A stretch of 64,000 nucleotides of DNA. Source: Candidatus Daviesbacteria bacterium (lineage in GTDB: Bacteria; Patescibacteriota; Microgenomatia; Daviesbacterales; UBA10151). Positions 8,812-17,907 of the stretch are shown here, piece by piece. The position numbers were made by a program, and so were the translations under genes. Location of the stretch: the NCBI GenBank assembly GCA_016432425.1, contig CP066688.1:578619-642618 (forward strand), written 5' to 3'. Position 1 is the first letter of the stretch. Every line of letters starts with the position of its first letter. A model generated the notes under the pieces. The model saw only the letters and a program-made list of their open reading frames with translations. It had not been told where the DNA came from and ran no database searches.

Positions 8812-10443
8812 ATGAAGTATATTTTTGTTTCAGGTGGAGTTATTTCTGGTATTGGCAAAGGCATTGCTGTAGCTTCAATTTCTCTTCTTTTAAAATCTGC
8901 CGGTTTTAAAGTTGCTCCTTTAAAGATGGATCCCTACTTAAATGTAGATGCCGGGACGATGAATCCCCTGGCTCATGGGGAAACTTTTGTTTTGGATGAT
9001 GGCCGGGAAACAGACCAAGATCTGGGCCACTATGAAAGATTTTTAAATGAAAACTTGAATTCAAGTAGCATTGCTACTCAAGGGAGTATTTATTTAGAAG
9101 TTATCAAAAAAGAAAGAAATTTAGAATATGACGGCGATTATGTGGATATTCACAATGTTACCCAGGAAATTATCAACAGAATCCAAGAGGCGGGAAAATC
9201 TAAAAATGCCGACATTGTTTTAATAGAGATTGGAGGAACTGCAGGAGAATATCAAAATGTACTTTTTTTGGAGGCCAACAGACTTTTGAAACTAAGAAAA
9301 CATGAAGATGTTATTCATATCCATATTACTTATCTGCCCATTCCGCATACTTTAGGGGAAATGAAATCTAAACCTGCCCAAATGTCGGTGAGGGACTTAA
9401 ATGCAGTGGGAATTCAGCCGGATTTCCTTTTAGCCAGAGCTGAGATAGGAATTGATGAACCGCGCCGAAGAAGGCTTTCCTTAAACACCGGCATTGAAGA
9501 AGAAGATATTATACCGGCTCCGGATGTCAAAAATATTTATGAAATACCTCTTAATTTTGAGAGGCATCAATTAACTAATAAAATTTTGAAAAAACTTAAG
9601 TTAAAAAGAAGGGCTAAAAATTTGAAACCATGGAAGAAATTTGTCGATAAGATTGAGCAGTCTAAAGATCAAGTCAAAATAGCCATTGTGGGAAAATATT
9701 TTACCTCCGGTGCCGGAGTTTTGGCAGATTCTTATATCTCAGTTATTGAGGCTATCAAACACGCTAGTTTTACCTTGGGTTTTGTGCCAGAGATTACCTG
9801 GCTTGATTCTGGTAAGGTTTTAAATAATGTAGAGGTATTAAAAGATTATCAAGGGATAATTGTCCCGGGTGGGTTTGGTTCCCGGGATATTGAAGGGAAA
9901 ATTTTAACCATTAAATACTGCCGGGAAAACAACGTTCCCTATTTTGGACTTTGTTACGGTATGCAGTTGGCAGTGGTGGAATATGCCAGAAATATCCTGC
10001 AAATGAAAAATGCCAATACCACTGAAGTGGACCCCAAAACCAGATATCCAGTAATTCATGTTATGCCAGACCAAGAAAGAAAACTTTTGACTAAAGATTA
10101 TGGTGGCACCATGAGGTTAGGTGCCTGGCCCTGTTTACTAAAAGGTGGTACTTTGACTAAAAAACTTTATGCCAAGGGTGGAGAGAGAAGAAGTTTAATT
10201 TCTGAGCGTCATCGTCACCGCTATGAATTTAACAATGACTTTTTAGAAAGTTTTTTAACTAACGGCATGCAAATTTCCGGCACTAGCCCGGATGGAAAAT
10301 TAGTAGAAATTATTGAACTTAAAAACCATCCCTTTTTTATTGGCACCCAATTTCATCCGGAGTTAAAATCCAGGCCGTTATCACCTCATCCGCTTTTCTT
10401 AGGGTTTATAAAAGCCGCTGCCAAACTTAATTTGGGGGCTTGA
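8812..10443 (+). CDS. pyrG: CTP synthase
   Basis: KYIFVSGGVISGIGKG, PGGFG, GLCYGMQ, ERHRHRYE, QFHPE. Confidence 0.97.
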   Translation: MKYIFVSGGVISGIGKGIAVASISLLLKSAGFKVAPLKMDPYLNVDAGTMNPLAHGETFVLDDGRETDQDLGHYERFLNENLNSSSIATQGSIYLEVIKKERNLEYDGDYVDIHNVTQEIINRIQEAGKSKNADIVLIEIGGTAGEYQNVLFLEANRLLKLRKHEDVIHIHITYLPIPHTLGEMKSKPAQMSVRDLNAVGIQPDFLLARAEIGIDEPRRRRLSLNTGIEEEDIIPAPDVKNIYEIPLNFERHQLTNKILKKLKLKRRAKNLKPWKKFVDKIEQSKDQVKIAIVGKYFTSGAGVLADSYISVIEAIKHASFTLGFVPEITWLDSGKVLNNVEVLKDYQGIIVPGGFGSRDIEGKILTIKYCRENNVPYFGLCYGMQLAVVEYARNILQMKNANTTEVDPKTRYPVIHVMPDQERKLLTKDYGGTMRLGAWPCLLKGGTLTKKLYAKGGERRSLISERHRHRYEFNNDFLESFLTNGMQISGTSPDGKLVEIIELKNHPFFIGTQFHPELKSRPLSPHPLFLGFIKAAAKLNLGA

Positions 10444-10491
10444 AAAACTATGGCAGCTTGTATAAATTAATTAGACTCTGCTTTTTGTGAT

Positions 10492-11193
10492 ATGACTACG
10501 GAAAACGAACCTACTGATCAAATAGTTGGATCTCCATTATCTGATAAATTAATTAGAGCTCACATGACAGCAGGTAATATCCTGATACATCCTTTTAATG
10601 ATCAAAACCTACAAAACTCTAGCTATGATGTTTGTTTGGGAAGATATTATTATGCAGAGCAAGATCCTAGTTTTGATTTTACTCTTTTTAATCCTTACAA
10701 CCCCAATCATACTAAAAAGGTTTGGGGAGAAAAACCTTGCGAAGCGGTCAGAGCCCGCACCTTAATGGATAGATTCCATGTTCCAGAGGAAGAGTGGGAA
10801 AATATTGATCCGGAAGATGAAATAATACTGCTCTCTCCAGGGAAAACTTATCTTTGCCATACAACAGAATTTATCGGTTTCCAGAATGTGGGAACCACTA
10901 TGATGAAAGCCAGATCCACTTTGGGTCGGGATTTTATTGAGATTTGTAAATGTGCTGGTTGGGGAGACAATGGTTATGTTAATCGCTGGACCATGGAAGT
11001 TACTAATAACTCGACTCGCTACCACATTCCCTTGGTAGTAGGAACCAGAGTAGCGCAGATTGTTTTCTTTTACACTGGATCAACTGACAGGCCTTATGCG
11101 GCAACGGGAACATACCAAACTACTGATGATTTTGAACAATTAAGAAGGAGTTGGAAACCAGAGATGATGTTACCAAGGTTGAAAAAATCATAA
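10492..11193 (+). CDS. dcd: dCTP deaminase family protein
   Basis: SSYDVCLG, ARSTLGR, AGWGDNGY, WTMEVTN, VAQIVF. Confidence 0.85.
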   Translation: MTTENEPTDQIVGSPLSDKLIRAHMTAGNILIHPFNDQNLQNSSYDVCLGRYYYAEQDPSFDFTLFNPYNPNHTKKVWGEKPCEAVRARTLMDRFHVPEEEWENIDPEDEIILLSPGKTYLCHTTEFIGFQNVGTTMMKARSTLGRDFIEICKCAGWGDNGYVNRWTMEVTNNSTRYHIPLVVGTRVAQIVFFYTGSTDRPYAATGTYQTTDDFEQLRRSWKPEMMLPRLKKS

Positions 11194-11849
11194 TGGAAAA
11201 AGGTTTATTTATAGTTTTGGAGGGAATAGATGGTTCTGGTAAGAGTACCCAAGCCAGATTATTAAAAAAATCTTTTGAAGATTATGGATTACCTGTGTTG
11301 CAAACCAGAGAACCGGGGGGGACAGAATTAGGCGAAGAGATTAGGGAAATTTTATTAAAAGATCGATACCAAGATAAAATGATGGATCCACTCACCCAAA
11401 CTTTACTTTTTCACGCTGCTAGGCAGGAATTTCTAACGGAGGTAGTAAGACCAGCTTTGCAAAGTGGGGTAACTGTGATTGCTGACCGGTTTGAACCCTC
11501 CAGTTTTGTTTATCAAGGTTATGTTCAGGGAGTAGCCCGGGAAGTGGAGGTTTTGAGTCAGTTAATAGTAGGGAGTGAATTTCAGCCCAATTTGTGTGTG
11601 GTATTAGATATTCCTCCTGAGGTAAGTTATCTAAGAAAATTAAATCCTGATAGAATTGGCCAGGATTTGATTTTTGAACATCAAGGATTGGAGTTTGCCC
11701 GAAAATTAAGGGAGGGTTATTTAGAATATGCTAAACAACATCCCAGTGTAGTTTTATTAGATGGCACCCAAAGCCCGGATAAGGTTCACCAACAAATAGT
11801 TATTGGTTTAAGATCGTTGCTGCTTTTGAGAGGATTAATTAATGCCTGA
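11193..11849 (+). CDS. tmk: Thymidylate kinase
   Basis: FIVLEGIDGSGKSTQ, TREPGGT, DRF motifs; ATG overlaps the dcd stop. Confidence 0.95.
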   Translation: MEKGLFIVLEGIDGSGKSTQARLLKKSFEDYGLPVLQTREPGGTELGEEIREILLKDRYQDKMMDPLTQTLLFHAARQEFLTEVVRPALQSGVTVIADRFEPSSFVYQGYVQGVAREVEVLSQLIVGSEFQPNLCVVLDIPPEVSYLRKLNPDRIGQDLIFEHQGLEFARKLREGYLEYAKQHPSVVLLDGTQSPDKVHQQIVIGLRSLLLLRGLINA

Positions 11850-13542
11850 GCAAAATATTTTGGTACCAGATAAAGAATTTACAACTGAGGATAACTGCCG
11901 TTGGTTTTCCTATTCTCCAGAGCAAACCGGTTTAATGATGGTAGGGATGGAAGATTTAGCAACAGGGGTAGTAGTAACTTCCCCTTTGGCTAATCCCCAA
12001 AAAAGAACTGCTGCCCATAAGGCTTGGGGTGGAGCCAGACAATCAAGGGCCCCTGGTACTCCCTGGGAAATTTATCATGAAATGGGGGAGAAAGGTATTG
12101 ATCCGGACCAAAGACTTGATGAGATGTTTGAACATTATGGTCATCGGTCAGTAGGGGATATGGCGAGAGTTCAAGTTGACCATCATGTCACTCCCATGCA
12201 TTTAGCTTTTGCGATGTTCCAGGAAGGGTATATTGTCTCTGGCCAGGAAAAATCTACCCGCTACCAACCTGCTTTTAGGAAAGCAGTACTTCATCCTTTA
12301 AGCAATTATCTGCCTCTGGATGGTTTAAATCCCCAATTAGAAGAGGCCTATCAAAAATTAGGACAATTATCTTTGGAACTTTTTGCCAAACACAGAACAA
12401 AATTAGCAGAAGCTTATGAGGAATTTTACCAGCCGAATGCCGGCCAGCGTGGGGCTTTTAATTCCCGAGTGTTAGATTCTGCCAGGTATTTTTTACTACT
12501 GGGCCAAGGTACCGGTTTTTCCTATGAAACTTCAGCCCGGGATTGGTCCAGATTAATTTCTGCTCTCAAAGCTTCTCACATTGGTTTTTACAGAAAATAT
12601 GCAACTCAGTTGGAAACATTCTTGGCTCCGGAGGCGGAAATAGAAACCAGTTTAGCCATGAAAGCAGAGGCTCCCAGTTTAATTAGGCACACGGAAGCAG
12701 ATCCCACTGTGAACCAAAATCTAAGAGACTTAAAAGAATTCATTGCCGGAAAACAAGATTTACTAGTTTTCGCTAAAGCCTATGGTAATTTTCCCCGCAG
12801 ACAAAAACAATCAGTTAGTTTAATACCAAATGATGTTAGCTTGGGAGAGCGGGTGGTGATGCAATATATCATGACTTTGTGGCCGGGTTTACCCGCAGAT
12901 GTGGTTTACACTTGGTTATCTACCAGAAAAGATGAGGTTAAAACACATATCAGTAAAATTATTTTTAATGGACATGATAAATATCAGGAACTTCCTTCTT
13001 TGGCAGCCGCTACAAATTTGTCTCTTCAAGTAGTTGCTGACATGGGAGTGCAGCGGGATTTTAACCGCCATCGTGCTTGGGGCAGATTTATGCCTTTGCC
13101 CCTGTTTTATGGAGAGGCTTGGAATAGGCAAAAAGCAGAGCAAGTACTTTGCAAAGGATTTGGTTTGCCGCTATATTTAGCTGAAATTGATGATTTTAAA
13201 GGTGAGGCAGATGAGTTTGGTGCCGATATGGTCAGATTCTATGAAGAAGCATATCGGTTTATGGATCAGGTGGAGAGAGAATATAGTAAAGGGGTGGATT
13301 ATAGCTTGATGGTAAATGTAATGCCGCTTGCCCAAAGGGCAGATTTTTATATGCATGGGAATCCTAAACAAGCTTTGTATTTTACTGATTTAAGGTCCAG
13401 AGCGGGTGGCCATATTAATTACCGGGCTTTGGCTTTTGAGGCGAATAAATTAATTGCTGAATCTGATCCCTATCTTTCTGGCATAGTACTAGATAAAAAA
13501 CCGGATCCAGCTAGTAGAGAAGAATTTTTTGATAGAAGCTAA
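11842..13542 (+). CDS. thyX: Two-domain flavin-dependent thymidylate synthase (ThyX/Thy1-like)
   Basis: YGHRSVGD and QEKSTRYQ in the N half, RDFNRHR and LRSRAGGHINYR in the C half; lies in a dTTP synthesis operon. Confidence 0.8.
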   Translation: MPEQNILVPDKEFTTEDNCRWFSYSPEQTGLMMVGMEDLATGVVVTSPLANPQKRTAAHKAWGGARQSRAPGTPWEIYHEMGEKGIDPDQRLDEMFEHYGHRSVGDMARVQVDHHVTPMHLAFAMFQEGYIVSGQEKSTRYQPAFRKAVLHPLSNYLPLDGLNPQLEEAYQKLGQLSLELFAKHRTKLAEAYEEFYQPNAGQRGAFNSRVLDSARYFLLLGQGTGFSYETSARDWSRLISALKASHIGFYRKYATQLETFLAPEAEIETSLAMKAEAPSLIRHTEADPTVNQNLRDLKEFIAGKQDLLVFAKAYGNFPRRQKQSVSLIPNDVSLGERVVMQYIMTLWPGLPADVVYTWLSTRKDEVKTHISKIIFNGHDKYQELPSLAAATNLSLQVVADMGVQRDFNRHRAWGRFMPLPLFYGEAWNRQKAEQVLCKGFGLPLYLAEIDDFKGEADEFGADMVRFYEEAYRFMDQVEREYSKGVDYSLMVNVMPLAQRADFYMHGNPKQALYFTDLRSRAGGHINYRALAFEANKLIAESDPYLSGIVLDKKPDPASREEFFDRS

Positions 13543-13567
13543 ATCTGATTAATTTTTGAAAGAGGAA

Positions 13568-13768
13568 ATGAAAGATCGGGATTTAAGACCTCGCGCTAGT
13601 GAAGATAAGGGGCATTTACATTACAGTGACAAAGGGGGGCATAAAGAAAGAAGCCGGTTTTGGCATGCGCTTAGAAAATTAGCCGAAGGCGCAGCTTACT
13701 CGCCCACCAAAGAGCTAGTTTGGCTGATAAGACGTGATATGCCGCGCCATCCCCGTAATGGTAAATAG
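13568..13768 (+). CDS. Small hypothetical protein
   Basis: AGAGGA before ATG 13568; no recognisable motif. Confidence 0.35.
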   Translation: MKDRDLRPRASEDKGHLHYSDKGGHKERSRFWHALRKLAEGAAYSPTKELVWLIRRDMPRHPRNGK

Positions 13769-13777
13769 TCTTCCAGC

Positions 13778-13806
13778 TTGATTTATTCAGAACTTACAGT
13801 TAAAAT
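13778..13806 (+). promoter_or_regulatory. Sigma70-type promoter of rpsB
   Basis: TTGATT-N17-TAAAAT. Confidence 0.65.
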
Positions 13807-13814
13807 ACTTATAT

Positions 13815-13871
13815 TACGCACTCACAAGAAGAGTCTGTGAATCTATACTTGTGAGGAGGAAAAACAGACTG
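13815..13871 (+). promoter_or_regulatory. rpsB (S2) leader RNA with predicted H-type pseudoknot
   Basis: Stem1 ctcacaag 13821-13828 / cttgtgag 13848-13855; stem2 agtctgt 13832-13838 / acagact 13864-13870. Confidence 0.65.
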
Positions 13872-14726
13872 ATGATTCCTAATGCAAGAGAGTTATTAGA
13901 AGCGGGGGTCCACTTTGGCCATAAGGTCAGCCGTTCTCATCCTAAAATGAAGCCCTATATTTACGGGGCTAAAGACGGTGTGCAAATTATTGACCTCAAC
14001 ATTTGTGAGAAAATGCTGAGAGTTGCTTTAGAATATGTAGAAAATTTGGGCAAAAATGGAGGGACTATTATTTTTGTGGGAACCAAAAAACAAGCCCGCC
14101 CCATTGTGGAAGAGTTAGCCAAAGAGGCCGGAGCTTACTATTTAACCCACCGTTGGATTGGAGGGTTTTTAACTAATTTTGAAGAAATTCAAAAAAATAT
14201 CAAAAGATTAAAAAGCTTAAAAGAACAAAAAGAAAAAGGAGAGCTGGGAAAATATACCAAAAAAGAACAACTCTTAATTGATCGCCAAATACTTAAATTA
14301 ACTTTAGATTTTGCCGGAGTCCTGGATTTGGAAAAAATTCCTGATGCTTTGTTTATAGTGGATACGGTAGCGGAGAGGACTGCCGTGAATGAGGCAGTTA
14401 AATTAGGGAAAACTGACCAGGGAAAAGTGGTTAATGTAGTGGCAATAGCCGATTCAAATAGTGATCCCACATTGATTGATTACCCCATTCCCGGTAATGA
14501 TGATGCCATTAAGTCAATTAGAATCTTAACTCAAGCAGTGGCTGAGGCTTATAAAAATGGTAAGGCCTTAGCAGGTAAGGCAGCTTTAAGGCAAGAGAAA
14601 AAGGCAGCTAAAAAGGTTGCCAAAGAGACAGGGGCGGAAGCTTTGTTAGAAGATGTGGAGATAGCAGCAGCGGAGGAAGAAGTAGAGAAAGAAGCCTTAA
14701 AAGAATCAGAAAGAAAAGTGGAATAA
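13872..14726 (+). CDS. rpsB: 30S ribosomal protein S2
   Basis: LLEAGVHFGH, RWIGGFLTN, PIPGNDD; ATG at 13872. Confidence 0.97.
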   Translation: MIPNARELLEAGVHFGHKVSRSHPKMKPYIYGAKDGVQIIDLNICEKMLRVALEYVENLGKNGGTIIFVGTKKQARPIVEELAKEAGAYYLTHRWIGGFLTNFEEIQKNIKRLKSLKEQKEKGELGKYTKKEQLLIDRQILKLTLDFAGVLDLEKIPDALFIVDTVAERTAVNEAVKLGKTDQGKVVNVVAIADSNSDPTLIDYPIPGNDDAIKSIRILTQAVAEAYKNGKALAGKAALRQEKKAAKKVAKETGAEALLEDVEIAAAEEEVEKEALKESERKVE

Positions 14727-14740
14727 TATAAAATATAATT

Positions 14741-15196
14741 ATGAATATTTCTGTTGATGATATTAAAAAATTAAGAGAACAGACTGGGGTTGGGATTGCT
14801 GATTGCCGGGCAGCTTTGACAGAGGCTAAGGGTGATTTTGAAAAAGCTAAGGAAGCTTTAAAACAAAAAGGTTTGGATAAAGCTGCCAGTAAAGCGTTTC
14901 GGCTAGTCAAAGCCGGAGTGGTAGAAACTTATTCCCACGCAGGTAAAGTGGGAGTGTTGGTAGAGCTGCTTTGTGAAACAGATTTTGTAGCCAGAACAGA
15001 AGAGTTTAAAAATTTAGCCCATGAGCTGGCTTTGCAGATTGCTTCCATGAATCCCTCATCAGTGGAGGAGCTCCTCCAGCAAGAATATATTAGGGATAAT
15101 AGTTTAACTGTTGACCAGTTAGTAAAATCAGCAGTTGGTAAACTGGGAGAAAACATCCAAGTGGGCAAATTTGAAAGAATTGCCTTGGGAGAATAA
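14741..15196 (+). CDS. tsf: Elongation factor Ts (short form)
   Basis: IKKLREQTG, VELLCETDFVA; follows rpsB. Confidence 0.95.
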   Translation: MNISVDDIKKLREQTGVGIADCRAALTEAKGDFEKAKEALKQKGLDKAASKAFRLVKAGVVETYSHAGKVGVLVELLCETDFVARTEEFKNLAHELALQIASMNPSSVEELLQQEYIRDNSLTVDQLVKSAVGKLGENIQVGKFERIALGE

Positions 15197-15750
15197 TGGA
15201 TCCTGTTTTAAACGAAGCAAATCAAAAAATCGATGCAGCGCTCAACCATTTCAAAATGGAGATTGCCGGTATTAGAGCTGGCCGGGCCAACCCAGCCTTG
15301 GTAGAAAATATTCCAGTGGAAGCTTATGGCGGCAGGATGAAATTAGTGGAAGTGGGGACAATCTCTGCCCCTCAACCCACCCTTTTAACTGTCCAAATTT
15401 GGGACGCTTCAATTTTATCCAGTGTGATTAAGGCAATTCAAGAATCGAATTTAGGGATTAATCCGGCCTCGGAGGGAACTTTAGTCAGGCTCCCCATCCC
15501 GGCTTTAACACAGGAGCGCCGGGAAGAATTTATTAAATTATTACACCAAAAAATGGAAGTCACTCGGGTAGAAATCAGACAAATCAGAGGAGATATGAGA
15601 GGCGATTGGCAAAAGCAAAAAGAAGAGGGGACAATTTCGGAAGATGAATTTTTTAGAAGGGAAAAACTGCTTCAGGAATTGGTGGAGAAAAAGACTGCGG
15701 AAATCGAAGAGTTGGCAGAAAAAAAAGAGCAAGAGCTAGCGGAGATTTAA
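15196..15750 (+). CDS. frr: Ribosome recycling factor
   Basis: IRAGRANP, PALTQERR. Confidence 0.95.
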   Translation: MDPVLNEANQKIDAALNHFKMEIAGIRAGRANPALVENIPVEAYGGRMKLVEVGTISAPQPTLLTVQIWDASILSSVIKAIQESNLGINPASEGTLVRLPIPALTQERREEFIKLLHQKMEVTRVEIRQIRGDMRGDWQKQKEEGTISEDEFFRREKLLQELVEKKTAEIEELAEKKEQELAEI

Positions 15751-15753
15751 AAT

Positions 15754-16830
15754 ATGATCATAACTACCATTATTTTTATCTTAAGCTTAGTACTTTTAGT
15801 GGTCATCCATGAATTTGGCCACTTTTTAATGGCCAGGAAATTTGGTATTAAAGTAGAAGAATTTGGTTTTGGAATTCCACCCCGGATCATCGGTAAGAAA
15901 ATTGGTGAAACTTTAGTTTCCCTCAATTGGTTGCCGCTGGGAGGTTTTGTTAGACTCCTGGGAGAAGATGAGACGGACTCTAAAGTTTTAAAAAATCCCC
16001 GCTCATTTGCCGCTCACTCTGCCAAAGAAAGAATTGTGGTAGTAGTAGCGGGAGTGGTGATGAACCTGCTGCTGGCTTGGGTACTATTCTATATTGTGTT
16101 AATTGCCGGAAACTTTAAAATTTTCCATCCCGCTGCCGAACCCAGTGTGTATGTTGCCCGAACAATTGATAATTTTCCCGCCCAAGCGGCCGGTTTAAAA
16201 AATGGGGATCAGGTCTTACAAATTGATGGCCAAAAAATTACTAATATTACTCAAGCAGTGGAAATTATTAAATCTAAAGATAGACAATCGGTTACTTTAG
16301 AAATTAAAGATACCGCAGGCAATCACAAAACTTTAAAACTAACCCCGCAAAAAACTGATGATGGAGACAGAATCATCGGGGTCATCTTCGGCATCAGCAG
16401 TCTGAAAGAATATAAAACTATACCGGAAAAAGTTTTCTCCGGAGTAAGTTATTCCTGGGATTTAACTAAATTAACTTTCGCTGGACTGGGCCAACTGCTC
16501 CATAATTTAGCAGTGGGGGAATTTAAGACAGCTTCCCAGTCTGTCAGTGGACCGGTGGGGCTGGCTACTGCCAGTAATAATATTTTAAAGGTGGGAGTAC
16601 TGCCTTATGCTTGGTTTTTGGGATTAATCTCTTTGACTTTGGCTATTTTTAATATTTTACCAATTCCGGCTTTGGATGGAGGCAGGTTATTTTTCCTAAT
16701 GGTTGAAGCGTTTTTTGGCAAAAAGCTTAAAGCCGAGACGGAAAAATTAATTCACACAATAGGGTTTGCCATTTTAATTGGTTTATCGCTTTTGGTTGTT
16801 TTTTCTGATATTGGCAAATTGCTGCCCTAA
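15754..16830 (+). CDS. rseP: RseP site-2 metalloprotease (M50) with PDZ domain
   Basis: HEFGH, EFGFG, NILPIPALDGG. Confidence 0.92.
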   Translation: MIITTIIFILSLVLLVVIHEFGHFLMARKFGIKVEEFGFGIPPRIIGKKIGETLVSLNWLPLGGFVRLLGEDETDSKVLKNPRSFAAHSAKERIVVVVAGVVMNLLLAWVLFYIVLIAGNFKIFHPAAEPSVYVARTIDNFPAQAAGLKNGDQVLQIDGQKITNITQAVEIIKSKDRQSVTLEIKDTAGNHKTLKLTPQKTDDGDRIIGVIFGISSLKEYKTIPEKVFSGVSYSWDLTKLTFAGLGQLLHNLAVGEFKTASQSVSGPVGLATASNNILKVGVLPYAWFLGLISLTLAIFNILPIPALDGGRLFFLMVEAFFGKKLKAETEKLIHTIGFAILIGLSLLVVFSDIGKLLP

Positions 16831-16848
16831 TTTTGTATACTGGGGACA

Positions 16849-17625
16849 ATGCCCAGAATTTTTGGAATCCTTGTTTTAGCCTTATCTATTTTACTTTTTC
16901 CTCCCTCAGTTTTGGCTTTAATTTCTAATAATGCTGTACCCGGTGACAGCACATATCCGGTCAAAATTAAATTAGAAGAAGGTATTGTTTTTTTAACTTC
17001 TTTTAACCCCCGTACTAAAATTTGGTTTTCAGTGACGCGTTCTGACAGGCGTTTCCAAGAAGCAAGTATTTTGTTAAATCGGGGAGAAGCTGCTGAGAAT
17101 ATTTTAACTGAATTAGTTGTCCAAACTGATGTGGCAGCAAAAGAAATTTCCCAAATTAGCGATCAAAACAAAAAACAGGAATTTATTAATAGCTTACAAC
17201 AATCAATCCAGAAATATGATGATGGTTTGTCCTCAATTCAGCAGAGGCAAATTGCTCAGGCTCCGGTTTCTACCTCTATTATCACCAGTCCTGTCCCAAC
17301 TTCTGCACCAACCTCTGTACCGCAACAGACACCAGTTGTTTCTGCCAAACCCCAACCAACCATTGTGCCTGCCCCAACCTCTCCAGCACCTGTCAGTCAA
17401 CCTGTTTCCCAACCAATCACAATTACTCCTCCCGAAGCCAAAAATGGCGAGGAAATTAAAAAAGCCAGGGAGAAATTAGAGGAAATTAAGAAAAAACTAT
17501 CTCATCCCCAAAATCCTCCACTGACCATAATAGAAGATAAAGGCGAAAAAGGTAGCAATACCACAGATGAGGATGAAGGAGACAGGGTAAATAGGGGAAA
17601 TAAAAACGAAAAAATTAACAGATAA
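16849..17625 (+). CDS. Secreted DUF5667-like protein with Pro/Thr-rich linker
   Basis: AVPGDSTYPVKIKLE...RRFQEA motif, signal peptide. Confidence 0.65.
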   Translation: MPRIFGILVLALSILLFPPSVLALISNNAVPGDSTYPVKIKLEEGIVFLTSFNPRTKIWFSVTRSDRRFQEASILLNRGEAAENILTELVVQTDVAAKEISQISDQNKKQEFINSLQQSIQKYDDGLSSIQQRQIAQAPVSTSIITSPVPTSAPTSVPQQTPVVSAKPQPTIVPAPTSPAPVSQPVSQPITITPPEAKNGEEIKKAREKLEEIKKKLSHPQNPPLTIIEDKGEKGSNTTDEDEGDRVNRGNKNEKINR

Positions 17626-17651
17626 AACACTTAAAACACTAATGGTCCCCA

Positions 17652-17687
17652 TGGTAACAAAAAATGCGATCGCATAAAATGTTACCA
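17652..17687. repeat. 36 bp CGATCG-core palindrome (intergenic)
   Basis: tggtaaca-aaaaa-tgcgatcgca-taaaa-tgttacca with perfect 8 bp arms. Confidence 0.8.
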
Positions 17688-17744
17688 GTATTTACAAAGG
17701 ATATTTAAGGTATATAATCTGATTAGACAAAACCTAAAAATAAA

Positions 17745-17855
17745 ATGAGTTTAGTTGAAGGATTTTTTGATTGGCTAGAAAGACGATTGACGCCCGAAGA
17801 CCAGCGGGCGACTTTAGAAGCGGAAGGTCCAGTTGAGAGCACCTCAGAAAAATAA
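17745..17855 (+). CDS. Possible 36 aa protein (MSLVEGFFDWLERRL...)
   Basis: Short ORF filling the intergenic gap downstream of a TATAAT. Confidence 0.3.
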   Translation: MSLVEGFFDWLERRLTPEDQRATLEAEGPVESTSEK

Positions 17856-17907
17856 GAAGTTTACACTTTAGTAATTAAGTTTTAGTATTAAAGAGGAGGT
17901 GTTTTTT

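Noticed and set aside
14741-15750. Short tsf and absence of pyrH between tsf and frr as possible pseudogenisation
   Set aside because: The ORF is intact and coupled to frr; short EF-Ts forms and operon reduction are known in reduced genomes
17260-17430. Pro/Thr/Ser-rich repetitive DNA in gene 16849 (and the Ala/Glu/Pro linker of ssb)
   Set aside because: Ordinary low-complexity protein linkers without a discrete nucleotide repeat unit
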